A stretch of DNA of 64,000 nt. Origin: Eutreptiella sp. 'Long Island Sound 2002'. Its lineage: Eukaryota; Protista; Euglenida. This document shows positions 38,036 through 50,512 of the stretch, piece after piece. The notes under the pieces were generated by a model. It was not told where the DNA came from. It saw nothing but the letters and a program-made list of their open reading frames with translations, and searched no databases. Numbering within the stretch: position 1 is the first letter of the stretch; each line of letters begins with the position of its first letter. The position numbers and the translations under genes were made by a program. The DNA lies in contig OZ038379.1 of assembly GCA_964036045.1 (NCBI GenBank), positions 22,444,001 to 22,508,000 of the forward strand, given 5' to 3'.

Positions 38036-38399
38036 GTTGCACAGTTTTATTCTCAATGCCCGCACACTAATGTTGGCCATGGCCCTGTTAGGACGCTTTT
38101 ATTGGGCCTGATTTTGTTTCTAGTGTCAAATCCCAATTATACTATGTGATGCTATGTTATATTGGCCGAGTCCCAACTAATTGGTGGCCATACAGAGTAC
38201 TTGGCGCTTTGTGGACTCGGCGTCCCATTGTAAGAGTTACTATGGGGTGCCATACGGAACTGGCAACTGTACATATTGCAAACAACAAAAAAAATTACAA
38301 GATCTTCTTGGCCGTCTTCCTCCATGGGATTCTTTGTGCACATTCCAAAGATAATTTTTTTGCAAGTCCTCTTGCAACCTTTTTGCAAAATTTTTGGTC

Positions 38400-40740
38400 A
38401 TTGCACACTTGACCATCGGCATTTGGGGAGTACATTGGGGAGGGACAAGGTCGGCAATGCAAGACCATCTACCAACACAGTGCGGGAGGTGGAAGGAGGA
38501 TCAACTTCCACAACACCTTGCAAATGGTCACCGGGGGTTTGAATAACCCACACAGTGCAATCAGCATTCACGACCCTCAACGCGTACGGCACAAAGCTTG
38601 TTGGCATTGGGGTGAAAGAAAGATTAGCAAGAGGAGCATGATGGTCAGCCACCTCTATAATAAGGTGTAAGCTACGAAAACCACAAGACCAAGCATCACC
38701 TTGGAAACCTCAAGCTTTGTGCTCCGTGGCCAATTTGAGGGCTTTGAGGCCCTTCAATAAAGGGTGCATGAATGAAATTGAGCTCACGGAGTCCCAAAAC
38801 CAGATTGTGAAACGACAATCGGGGGCACAAAGAAACCAATGTAGGCCCTTTTTATGATTGTTGTCGAACAAAAAAGTGTAGCACTGGCAAGCCATATTAT
38901 GATCAGGCGTGCCAGACTCGACATCTTGAAGAGGCGGACTCGACATTCGCCATCTACCTTGTTAGGTGGCGAATGTACAAGAGGGCCATGGTCCATGCAC
39001 GTGGCTCATCAATCTCCATGTGGCAAGACTCTTGATTCAAAAAAGCCACATTGTCCTTGTCCTTCAACCAATCTCTCTGCACTAATTGGGTTGTTTCATG
39101 TGGAATGGTGCCTAGGGTGCGCTTGCATGCAACAACAGGAACATGAGGAGGCGGAGGCCTTCGGGAGGCCTTTGTTCTTTTCCCTCTTCTTTGAGGGTGG
39201 TGCACAGGCCAATGGAGGGGCTAGAAACAAGTTGACTGAGCTTTTTGATAACAAAGATAGGTCAACATATGGCTTCTACTTTGTGGCCGCAGTTCTGTGA
39301 CGATTGGGGAGGTGGGGGGGCTCTTCCTCTCCTCCAAGGGTGGTGGTGAGGCCAACGCAGTGGGTGAAAACTCCAACTCATTGTCGGACGCCATAGAAGG
39401 GTTAAACGATGGCTTAGGGAGGGTGGCGACCATAACATGATACACATCCACTTCTTCACACCACCTCTCAAACAACCATTTGTAGGTGTTGGGGTGTGCT
39501 CTGCCATGCATGTAACTCTCCGCAGAATGCAGGCAAAAGCCACCCCCCTCACAGTGCATACACCACAAGCGCACTATTCTCCAACATTGGCCACTAACAT
39601 ATGGCGGCCGAAAGAGGTCGAGGCAATGCCAATTCTTCTGATGCGGGCACATTAACACCAACAGCACCATCAACGGCCTTAGGTTGGTGTCACGCTGCAG
39701 GCTCCTCTTTTTGCCCTTCGCTCCAATTTGCATGTGCAAGACTTCTTTGGCAGCTTGGCAAGCGGCGGCTAGGCACAAGCCGTCACCTTGTGTTGTATGC
39801 ATCCCAACTTGAAGGGGCGCTCGGCAACCATCTTCCACGAGTATTGTGAAGAAACTGGAAAATGTGGCCCGTTCACAAAGAGCCACAACAACACACCCTC
39901 ACACATTGCATATGTGCAATAACTAGAACAAGTGCAACCTTGCGGTCACATGGTGGATGCAGAGAAACGATACAAATGGCTCCTAGTTTATGGAGGTACC
40001 GCTGTCAAGATTACATAATGTCTCCTTCCATTCGGCTACGGCGGCAACATCCATGGGTGTATACTTCTTAATTTTCTTCCCACTCAATCCTATCTTCTTT
40101 GACTCATTCCCTTGTGGGAAAAAAAAAGGCATCATTGTCATCAAAGAAGGTTCTTGCCCTAAGCAACACCCGACTCTCTTGCCACATCCAAGGTTGAGGT
40201 CATGGGGCACGGCCTGAAAAGGCGTACGAGCAAGAACCCAAACCTTGCCCAACTTGAACATTGTGCCTTGCAAGAACTCCACCAACGTGGATTGGCGATG
40301 AGCACTAATTATTGTCATCATGTTTGCATGTGGCTCAGATGGGGTAGCAGCCGAAATACCAAGAGGGGAGTGCCCAACGGCCTAATTTGAAAGCCTTTGA
40401 ATGTAGCCCTATTCTATGGGTTCCAAATATTTTGGGTGGGTGGAAGTACCATTGTTCAATGCCTTCTACCCCACCTTGAATACACTAGAAGACCAACTGC
40501 ACCGTATTGGCCTTAGACATTGAAGCATGTCATCCTAGGCATCATATGCATCACGCTCATACCCTAGCATAGTCTGCAACAAGTGGCGGATCACATCGTA
40601 TGCACATTGCAACCAAGGTTCTCAATGAGGCCAAATCCTCTTTGCGGTGTTCCCCATTCCAATTGCATCATCACTCATGAAAGATCGGACACACCATTGA
40701 AAGCCTAGGAACATTTGCCCCGTTCTCTTCTTCGTGGTCT
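38400..40740 (-). mobile_element. Decayed Mutator-like (MULE) DNA transposon: DDE transposase, SWIM finger and Ulp1-like cysteine protease; inside the GST intron
   Basis: Minus strand reads FMSDDAIGMGNTAKRIWPH*EPWLQCAYDV (MULE SD...CxxH-like region) near 40.6-40.7 kb; CACGVCTVRG/GFCLH (SWIM, across a G-run frameshift) near 39.55 kb; RDWLKD, GLHWFL, FWDS and A*GFQGDAWSCG (Ulp1 H-D-Q-C) at 38.65-39.1 kb. Multiple stops; TIRs not identified. Confidence 0.75.
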
Positions 40741-40851
40741 ACAAGAAAAAGCAGGAAGCAAAATTGTTCTCTGTGCCCTCTATTGCTACAACAACCTTGT
40801 GTGATGCATTCAAAATACACAACAACAAAATACAATGTCGCTCGCACAGGT

Positions 40852-41600
40852 GCAATATCCCCAACTCGAGGCCACACTGCAGCGTAGGAGTTCATCACCC
40901 CAACTTGAGGGGCTGCACCGAAGCTTGGGTGTCAATCACCCCAACTCAAGAGGGCACACCAAAGTGTGGGAGTCCATCACCCCAACTCGAGAGGCCACAC
41001 CAAGGCTTGGGAGTCCATCACCACATCTAGAAGGGGCCACACTGAAGCCCGGGAGTCCATTACCCCGACTCAAGAGGCCACACAGAGGCTTGGGAGTCCA
41101 TCACCCCAACTGGAGGGGGCACACCGAAGCCTGGGAGTCCATCACCCCAACTCAAGGGGCCACGCCAAACAGTGGGAGTCCATCACCCCAACTCGAGGGG
41201 CCACACAGAGGCCTAGGTATCCATCACCCCAACTCAAGGGGCCACACGGAGGCTTGGGAGTCCATCACCCCAACTCAAGGGGCCACACCAAACAGTGGGA
41301 GGCCGTCACCCCAACTCAAGGGGCCACACAGAGGCTTGGGAGTCAATCACCCGAACTCAAGAGGGCACACCAAAGTGTGGGAGTCCATCAGCCGAACTCA
41401 AGGGGCCACACCGAAGAGTGGGAGTCCATCACCCCAACTCAAGGGGCCACACAGAGGCTTGGGAGTCCATCACCCCAACTCAAGGGGCCACACAGAGGCT
41501 TGGGAGTCCATCACCCCAACTCAAGGGGCCACACCAAAGAGTGGGAGTCCATCACCCCAACTCGAGGGGCCACACAGAGGCCTAGGAGTCCACAACCCCA
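40852..41600. repeat. 41-bp tandem array, about 18 copies
   Basis: Unit gggagtccatcaccccaactcaaggggccacacagaggctt; starts at 41461, 41502 and 41543 give the 41-nt period. Confidence 0.95.
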
Positions 41601-41685
41601 ACAATCGACAAGATTAGAAGTGGCAGTAGACCTTGTAAGTTGATTGTTGCCATCAGCCTGTGTAACTTTTTTTGCTGTGGGTGCG

Positions 41686-41841
41686 TGTAATTTTTTTTAC
41701 TGTCAGCATGTGTACGGGAAAAAATCGCCACATTGTGTAATTTTTTTCTTTTGCTGTCACGTCCTGTAATTTTTCTTCTGTGCTCTCACGAGGTGTACCC
41801 CAAAAACGTTACACATGCTGACAGTAGAAAAAAAAATTACA
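41686..41841. repeat. ~155-bp hairpin/MITE-like element with ~28-bp terminal inverted repeats
   Basis: tgtaattttttttactgtcagcatgtgta ... ttacacatgctgacagtagaaaaaaaaattaca. Confidence 0.7.
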
Positions 41842-41903
41842 TGACTTGCAACATACACAATGGGCCAGGGATGAGAATACCAACACGAGACTGTGCAAAA
41901 GAC

Positions 41904-42521
41904 CTGGAACGAGATGCGTTTGTCCTCAAACTCAGTGCCTGTCATGACCAGCGCCAGACGCACCTTCTCCGCGGCGGCCTCCAGATCGAAATACGTCAGT
42001 GTGATGTCTGGCGTTTCATCGGGTTTCGTGGCTCCCGCCGCCAGCATCGCCACCGGCGCGGGCTGGCCCTTGCAACGCCTATCCCACACGGCCCTGAGCA
42101 GGCCCCCAATGAGCATGCCCAGTGGAAGCAGCAGCCAGGTGGCACTGGGCGTCGCTGTCTGCAGGCCCCACACACTGGAGGGCTCGGCGTCAACACTGCG
42201 ATGTGGATCTGTTGCAGTGCCAAGGGATGCGTCCGGCCGGGGGGACCTGAAAGGACGGGGTTCACGTGTTGCCCAAGTGGAGGCACTGCCTTGGGATACG
42301 GTTTGGGTCACAGGGGCGATGCGCGTTGCAGACGCCCTAGAGCCCACAACCAGTGCTGAAGAGGTCCAGAGGCTTGAGGCAGTAGTGCCTGTGACCACGA
42401 GTACGCCCACGAGGCAGCCGACCAGTCCTGCTCCGAGGACGGTCAGGCGGCGGTGGGTATCGTTGGTGGGTAGTGGTGCTGGTAAGACGGCAGCGTTGGA
42501 CAGCAACACGGTGTGCTCCAT
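41904..42521 (-). CDS. GST: Glutathione S-transferase exon 1 with euglenid-type tripartite plastid-targeting presequence
   Basis: MEHT...LTVLGAGLVGCLVGVLVV (hydrophobic 1), Ser/Thr/Arg-rich spacer, WLLLPLGMLIGGLL (hydrophobic 2), VAMLAAG, then mature GST ITLTYFDLEAAAEKVRLALVMTGTEFEDKRISFQ; donor CAG|GT at 41903, phase 0. Confidence 0.9.
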
Positions 42522-44786
42522 TGAATTAGAGGTGAAACAAAGCTGATTGAGAGCAGGGTTCTCACAAGAGAGGCAATGGCCATGGCCTGAGACATGGCTG
42601 GCCGGGATGCCCAGAGAGCGCACCCAGGCCTGTGATGCAGTCGAGACTGAGAGGACGTTCCAGCCCAACCATTTCCGTGTGCCCAAAACCGGTCTCCAAC
42701 AATTGTGTAACCACAACCGCTAATTCCAATCGCTAATTACCATTTGTGCCAGCACATCTGAAACTCCCAATAGCACGGGGGGCAGTTCAGGTCAGTTCTG
42801 GACCCCGAACCCCAGATGGGCAGAGCGGGGGTGGGGGGGTGGGGGGGATGAGGGGGGGTGGGGGGTTCAAATTTTTCTTTGGGCTGTTGGGGCGTTTTTG
42901 AATACCCTGTTTCATTTTGGGCATTTTGAATACACACAAAGTGGGGTAAAAGCACCTTTTACCATTGACCAGAAATGAAAAATAGTACAGCATTCCGGCA
43001 GACAAACCGCTGAACCAGCAAAGCCATCCAGCAAGCAGTGTAAAACACATGGCGGTGCCAATAGCTCCAACTTGATCCACTGTTTCCATCGCAGTGTTTG
43101 CAACCACGTTCCACCCATCATCAATATGGCAACATAACCAACCCCTACCCTCTCAGGGTCCCTGTAGTGGGGAGAAATTGCAAGTTCGTTGGGGAAAATG
43201 TAAGATTTGAACTCACCATTCAAATTGGAGCATTTTGGGTATCGGCACTTGAGGTGAAACCAATTTTTCTGACACTTTCACTTCAGGCCAAAAAAATTTT
43301 CTGGGCGGGGTCCAGAGGGGTGGGGGGAGTGGTGGGCCTGACGTACGGCCCGACACATAAACCCCCCCAGGCCCAATAGTCTCCCTCTCATTCAAGCTTC
43401 AGGCTTGGTACTCCGTCGTTGCTCCTTGCAAAGCGGGCACAAAATCCCTGACAGGGGTCACCTGGGGATACTTAGACAAAGCTATGCTGACACCGAATGC
43501 ATTTTTGGACAGAAATTGCAAGCCAGAACGTCCCTGGACTCGAAATTCACACAGAAGGCACCAAAGCCAAACCCCCCCCCCGCCCTGCACTTGTCCAGTC
43601 GCCACCTCCGTGCAACAGCTCCCACACACCCTGGGGACTTGGGCATAGTGCAGCCCCCCCGCCCCTTGGGAATGCTCAAGGGATGCATGGTACACACACA
43701 AAGTTATGCACAAAACAAGAAACACAATGAGTCTGAAACCATATGCCTCAGCACATATGAAATGTGCAATGGGGCCAACCTGAGTCTATGATACTGTAGC
43801 CAAACCTGGGAGGTCCCCTGGGGGAGGTGAGGGGAGAGGTTCACATTTAGGAAACGAGGAGTCGCAACCTCCCCCCCCCCCATACTTGCACCTATTATAC
43901 CAAGATTTAAGATGGCAGCAACATTGCGCTGTGCCCTGCCCATCACCGGACACGCGTCTGGCCGCTCATTGCAGGCCTCCGATCCACATTGCCATCCACC
44001 CTACCCCTGGTGGCAAGGGACCGATTTGGGCTTGCCCAGGGTCGGCCCACTCGCGCACCTACGCATGTGCCCACCCCACACGTGGGTGCATGCGTGCATG
44101 GGTTCCCCCATTCCGAACGCTATAGCTTCGTGCGGCCATCGTACAGCAGTCACGGGAACAAAACAGTTGTCCACCAGCACAACACACTGCATACCTCAAT
44201 GGCAAACATTGGTTGGTCGGCAACAACCCCCAATCGTCCAACAAACAGGGGCTGGTTGTTACGGTGGTTGCTGCCAGTTTCGGGGGGCTCTTCCATAAAC
44301 GCTGGTGGGTGCCGTGTGACACAGCCAGTTTCCTGTGCCATGCCTTTTATGTGACTTGCTTCTGTTGCGTGAGGTCATTAACGGGGAGTAGATGGGGGGA
44401 TGATGGGACGACAAATTCATTACCTGAGCGCTCACATAGCACACCCGCTCTCCTCCATAGCCCGCCCTTGGCTGCCGCATGCAGCCCATGTTTGAAGTGT
44501 GAGGGTATCAGTGCATGGGTAACAACTGCGGAGCGGCCGGCGGGATCTTAACAAATGGAAGGCCGCAGCCCAGAGGCAGATCTAAGGTGGGACTGCGTGT
44601 TCTATTTGCAATTCTTTGTTGACAAATGACACCGCACCGAAAAAATCCTCTTGTAAACACCGAAGGGATGCAGAATCTTTGGGGCTGGACATGGGGCGAA
44701 AAACGTTCTGGTAACGTTCCACATACCAACTGACTCCGCAAGAAACAAGAAGCATGCCAACCATTGGTAGTCGTGCAACCTGCCTA

Positions 44787-45953
44787 CCGGAGGGGGGGAA
44801 TTTGGGATCATGCGATATTTGGAATGGCGAAAGTTGGTGCAGAAAAAATTGGCACCAATTCTTACATACCACGGCAAAATGTGGTACAAGATTCCAAGAT
44901 TGTGGCACAAGAAAAGGCATACAACACGACTGTTGGCTTCTGGATGGTTGCTGATATTTCCTGGTGGATTTTGGATGCTTCTTGTGATTTCCCAATCATG
45001 ACAAATAGGAGCTTCAACGGTAGTACAACTCCCTTTGACCAGCGATGATGACCCTTGCACGTGGCGTCACTGCAAAAATGTAACCTGGTGTGCCCCAGCA
45101 TGAGCTTCCAGCAACAACACAGTGGGCACTGACTGAAGCAAATTGATCAAAGATTTTGAAACTGGACCACAGATCAAGCCCCAAGCCCAGCAATGCTTCT
45201 CAAGTGCAAGTCTTTGGCATTTGCAGTAGTAGGTTGCTCTCCTAGACAATTTCTGAGACACACTGTGATGGTGCCCTAGCAACTGTGTCTTGCCTGGGCC
45301 ATAGCAGTAGCTGCTGTGCCAAGCAGCGGCAAGGCAGTGGATACTTGAAGGTGAACATTGCCATGCTGCAAAATATCATTTGATATTAATTGGAGGGGCA
45401 AAGGAGAAATGATGCCGGCAACAAGATGTGTCATTTTTTGCTGGAATGGTAAGGTTCCTCAAAATTGCAAAAAAACTGCACTACAGTATGTGTGCTATGT
45501 CCACACAATGTGCATTTGCCCCAGCCTCCTTTGTCCACGAAACCTCCTCAATCTTACCTGATACTATTTGACGGATTTTGCCACCAGTACCATCCCTTTT
45601 TCGCCCACTCCATTACTGGTGAATAGCCTGCCCTCGTCTGTGTGCACTCCCGCCTCAATCGTTCTCTCCACTGCCACCCAATCGTGCCACAAGGAGAGTC
45701 AAAGCGGAAGATGCAAATGACACAGCGGCAGCAAAATTATTCATGAAGCCAGAAGGCCACCATGATGGCTCTAATAGGTACCTCGCTGATGGAGCCACCG
45801 AATTGTGGCTGCCAATGGAACACCATACAGCACAACATGTGTCGCCGAATTCTCCTGGAAATTATGGACGAGCCACCATATAGAACAGCATGGCAAAATT
45901 TGGTGCACTTTTGTTGTGCCAAATTTCGCCTATTCCAAATGTGCCCCCTCCGT
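44787..45953. mobile_element. Non-autonomous TIR element (~1.17 kb), TA-flanked, Tc1/mariner-type MITE family
   Basis: TA|ccggagggggggaatttggg...tttggaatggcgaaa at the left end; aaatttcgcctattccaaatgtgccccctccgt|TA at the right end; same TIR as the element at 52316. Confidence 0.75.
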
Positions 45954-47761
45954 TACTTGCTTTGAGGGTAAAAAGCATCACCCATCTCGCACTTTTCAGT
46001 ACTTTTGCTGGCACTGCCCTGTTCGACTTGCGGTGTTCACCGAGGCCCATGGAAACCACGTGGGATGCCTCACCTCCCGACAGACATCGCGCGCGCACAC
46101 ATTCAGAAAGCGCAAGAAACAGTGCTTGTCTGTCCTCTATTCCCTACAGGCTTTTCCCGTCAAGGCAGAACGAGGGCACTGGGTCCAGATCCATGAAACC
46201 CTCACCAAAACTGCACTTTTTTGTGGATAGATTCAGCCCAGCACCAGCATACTCTGCATCGAAATGGGACACCAAATCTGAGGGTTACATAGCGTTGCAT
46301 CGCTTTGAAGAAAGCGAACTGCTTGCTCCTGGCGTACCAGGTACAGTACCCTGGCATGATACCGACTGAAAAGTCAGGGTTGGTTAGAGCGTCTGATATG
46401 CACGCCTGGGCAGACTGGGAGATGGTGGGTTGAAAGCAACCACAGCAAATTCACGTGACTTCTCTATTTGGTGAGACTGAACTCATACCTGTACCCACCC
46501 ACTGTCCTCCCTGCTGCTCATCACCCCTACTCACAGCTACTGCTAATGCCTTCTCACACATAAATCACATCAAATCATGACCATTCCCAATCCATGCTCA
46601 ACCCGCAGCATCACTCTTTTCAGCTTCTGGAACTGTTCTGAAGTGAACGGGTCAGGAAGGATATCAAGTGTTCTGCGGCGGGAGGGCAGGTCCACGGATG
46701 TCACAAAGGATTCGGTGCAGCAGGGCGGTCTTAACACAAAAACAAAACCTCATTGATTTACGCCTCACTCAAAGCGGACACCGCGATGGCGAAAGCAACC
46801 GGGCACTGCACACAGCAAAATTAGAGTACTACGTCCATCTGCAATTTATCACTGGTAAAGAGAAGACAAATGAACCTTCACCCGCAATTGAAATTGCAAT
46901 TGGTGCGCAATGTACGACTAACGGTTGGCGGTGAATCGCCAGCCCAGATTGCTGTCTTCAAGGGGCTGTCCTTCGTGAAAACAGACAAATCTCGGTGTTC
47001 CAGGACTCTCGTGCGAGGCAGTAGTCCTGCTTCTGGATTCGGACTGCGTGTGCTGCCGTTCGGCGTGTGTGCAGTCAAATGCCAAATCCCTGACCCCATG
47101 CCACACGTCTGTCCTTCATCTTTGTTTGGCGTTACGGTGAATACGGAAACGGAGCATATGACCAACACTCGACTATTGAGTGTTTAGCGTTCCGTCTGAG
47201 CTGTCCATTCATGATGGTGCTGTTCACTGTTGTTGCCTACACCTCGCCCTGGCCCTGAGCCTACAGCCCAGGGCTGCCCATAGCCATCGCCTTCCTCAAG
47301 CCTTTTCCCGAACCCGTGACCTACAACCCAGGCCCACTGCCGGCACAAAAGACTCCGCAGGAAATGGCTTCGGTGCAGTGCGCCGGGGCACTGTTTCTGC
47401 GGTCGAAATGGATGTGTTGCCTTTCGGCACGTGTGCTACTGATGCCATATCTGTGACCCTGGCGCACATCTCTGGTTCTCTCATTTATGTGTTTTCAGGA
47501 TTACCACAGTATTGATAGCGCGACCCATGAACCCCGTGTAGTACCACACTGCGTTGGGCCGCGTTCTGTGGTTTACAATGTGCTGGGGGCGTGCAACGCG
47601 GTGGTGAGTGCAGTGTGGTACCCACACGCACGGGTTTTGGGGGGCGGGGCGGGGGGGTCACTCAACTAAAACCCATAAATCTGCCCACTCCAACTGATCT
47701 CCTCAAAGCGAACTGGAGCAGTGCCCAAACGCAGCCGCAAAGTGGCACTGTCTCCGGAGCA

Positions 47762-47912
47762 TTACTTGTTGAACAGGAGGCGTAGGTCGTCCAGGCCCAT
47801 CTTGTTGAAGGCATTTTTGGCGGCCTTGTCCCCAAAAGCGCCACCGGTCAACAATCGTTTCTTTTCCTGCAGCTCCAAAATGCTCTCCTCCACAGTGTCC
47901 TTCACCACAAAT
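47762..47912 (-). CDS. RAD5: RAD5/HLTF-like SNF2 helicase, last exon
   Basis: (R)FVVKDTVEESILELQEKKRLL...MGLDDLRLLFNK*; acceptor ttgcag at 47913, phase 2; 151 nt. Confidence 0.9.
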
Positions 47913-48349
47913 CTGCAAGCGGGCCCGGAACGCCAGGGTGGTGGGGGGGGGGGGGTGCCGTGCTGAATTGTGCGGTGCTGTTATGAGAGGAAAGCATGGG
48001 CTGGATGTACATCCAGCCCCTTGTCCAGACATGCCTTTTGATGCGCTGTCCTGCAAGGCACTGCACAGTAGTATGCTGAGTGCTGCGGTGCGCTGCGGTG
48101 GAGCAAAATGTGGAGTGTTCTGTTGTGGCGCTACTGTCTATTGCGCTCCGGTTTTCTTGCAGTGTGTTGTATTGTGTGCAGTGTGTTGTGGTGGTTGCAT
48201 TGCGGTGTGTTGGTACGGTGCGTTTGTAGGAGCCGCTGGCGTCCCCAGATGCTGGACCGTGCCCGGCGTGCCGAAAGAGGTAGTAACTGGGCATTTTATG
48301 GAGAGACCCCCTGGCGGCACCTCTTTCGCCTGGCAGTGCATGCACAGCT

Positions 48350-49610
48350 GCACATGTGCCTCCAGACCGTATGCGCCCGTTGGCACTAGCAGGCCATGAC
48401 AGAATGGGGATCCTGGTCCTGTACAGGCCGGACGCCTTAGCGGTTAGTGTGGGGTCAACGTGGCTAGACGACCCCCACCCAGGTGCTGGGCTCCGCACGG
48501 TATACATCGAGCCTTACAAGGACTTGGCTGACGCAAACTGGGTGTACCTCTTTGACAGAGGGCTGGTGGCGGGGGCGGCACAGCGGGTGGTGACCCTCGT
48601 GATGAATTCCCGGGACACGCTGGATCATAACTGGGTGATGCCCGTCATGCCGGCCACACCCGAGGTGTACTTCCGGGGCCCAGAGGGGCGGTCGTGGGAC
48701 TTGTCCATACGGTTGCCCACGGCCCGCGGCCCGCGGCCCACGGCTTATGAGTGAGGTACCCGCCCTGCGCCCGGGCATTGGCCAACAGCCAAACTCCTCT
48801 GGCCAGTTTGTGTGCGGGGCGAGCTCTTGGCCCTCCTGCCGTCAGGGCACAGGATTCCACCGAACTATGGTGGGGCATGGCGGGTTTACTGGTACGCAGA
48901 TCAGCCGCTCCCTAAGTCTCCGGGCTGCTGGCCCGGTGAGGCCAGGGGAGCGGATCTAGCCAGTTTCGATGGTCCAGGGGGTCTCCCTCACCATCATCTG
49001 GTGCGGGTCATCAGCTACCGACCACCACAGCGGCATCTGGGGTTGTGCGAGATCTGGGGGCTGCATGACCGCCGGGGGCTGGCCGCCTGCGAAATTTGCT
49101 GCTGGCCATGCGCCTGGGCCGCGTACCAGCTACTGGGGCTGGCGCTTCGGCCAGCACAGTGATGACTCGGGGCATCCGTCGCCTGAGGTGTGGACCCTTG
49201 TGGGGACGTGGTGGGGTGTGGGGGAGTGCAAGACCGGGTGACGGACTGGGCGCCTGTGGCTCGGCGGCCAAATGCCGCTCTTCGGTAGTACATGGCAGGC
49301 CAGGGGCTGACACCCGTGCGCTGTGAGTCATCCGCACTTCCATAGGGGCTGGCCGTGAACCGGAAGTGGAGCGGGGGTCACAGACACGCCCCCCCTACCG
49401 GGGCCAGGGTGGAACCCACAACATTGACGACCTGGATGGTGAGTGGGTCGGGTTTCCTTACGGAGGAGACGAAGAGGAGAGCCTGTGCCATGATGCTGAG
49501 TCCATTCAGGCCCAAGGGGGTCAACCCACTGGGGACCGCGTCCCAATGCGGTGGTGCGGTGGGGGCCGGCTGGCACCATGGGGCTGGCGTGAGGGGACGC
49601 CCCAATGAGG
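48350..49610 (+). pseudogene. Decayed protein-like reading frames of unknown family between ~70-bp direct repeats; possible retroelement remnant
   Basis: Frameshifted ORFs 48356..48754, 48812..49162 and 49366..49608; GT-rich direct repeats at 48159-48224 and 49643-49718. Confidence 0.35.
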
Positions 49611-50261
49611 GACCGCATCTCCTCCTCCGCCTCCTCCTCTGTGCAGTGTGTTGTGTTGCGTTGTGTTGTGTGCAGCGTGTTGTGGTGGTTGTGTTGCGGT
49701 GTGGTGGTATGGTGCGTTGCGTGCGAAGGTTTGGGCCAGGGCTTTGCTTTAGCGGGGAGAGGAGGGGATAAGGGGGTGCACGTCGCCCACTACCTGCTGC
49801 CGGAAGGTACCTAAGCTCCAACAAACCCGAAAAACTCATGTACAATGACATGCCATTGTTTCTTAGAGTAAGGGGCAACCACTGAACCTGTTTGCTCCCT
49901 GAGCTATCGCTGTGGCTTGACTCCCGCAGCAACGGGGAAGACGATGACACCCTCTCGTCGTTGATGCACCAACAGCCGCCGTGGCCACTAGCGGCCAACC
50001 GCTGTCAGTTGACAGCTGTGCCGTACCTTGTACACTGTGCGTGCAGATCACATGATGCACCTGCCGGTCACGGGGTTTTCCTCCCAAATACGGTCCTTGT
50101 GGGGTGATTTTGCACCGGTGGGTGGTGGACTAACCATTTGTCAGGGGTTACAGTGGGGAAAGAAAGGACTGCGCCGCAACGAAGCGCAGTTTGCGGAAGT
50201 TTCAAACACACTCTTTGGCGGCTGCATTGTTTGAGCAAGGGCTTTGTGTTGAGGGGTACAC

Positions 50262-50512
50262 CTCAAGACACGTACTTCGTGGCGCTGGCCGATGCGATGC
50301 ACCCGCTGAATGGCCTGATCATCCACCGCCGGGTTCCACCAGGGCTCCAAGAGCACAACCTGAGTGGCAGCTACCAGGTTGAGCCCCACACCGCCTGCCT
50401 TCAGAGACACTACGAAGCACTGAACTGCAGGGTCCGTGCGGAAAGTGTCCATGGCGCCCTGGCGCTGTGCAATGGACTGCGACCCGTCAAGGCGAACATA
50501 GCGAATGGAATG
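50262..50512 (-). CDS. RAD5: RAD5/HLTF-like helicase exon (helicase C, motifs V-VI)
   Basis: [52 protein letters not shown]; acceptor ccgcag at 50513, donor AG|GT at 50261; 251 nt, phase 0/2. Confidence 0.93.

Noticed and set aside
40835-41643. 260-aa and 225-aa repetitive ORFs
   Set aside because: Translations of the 41-bp array cycling through frames.
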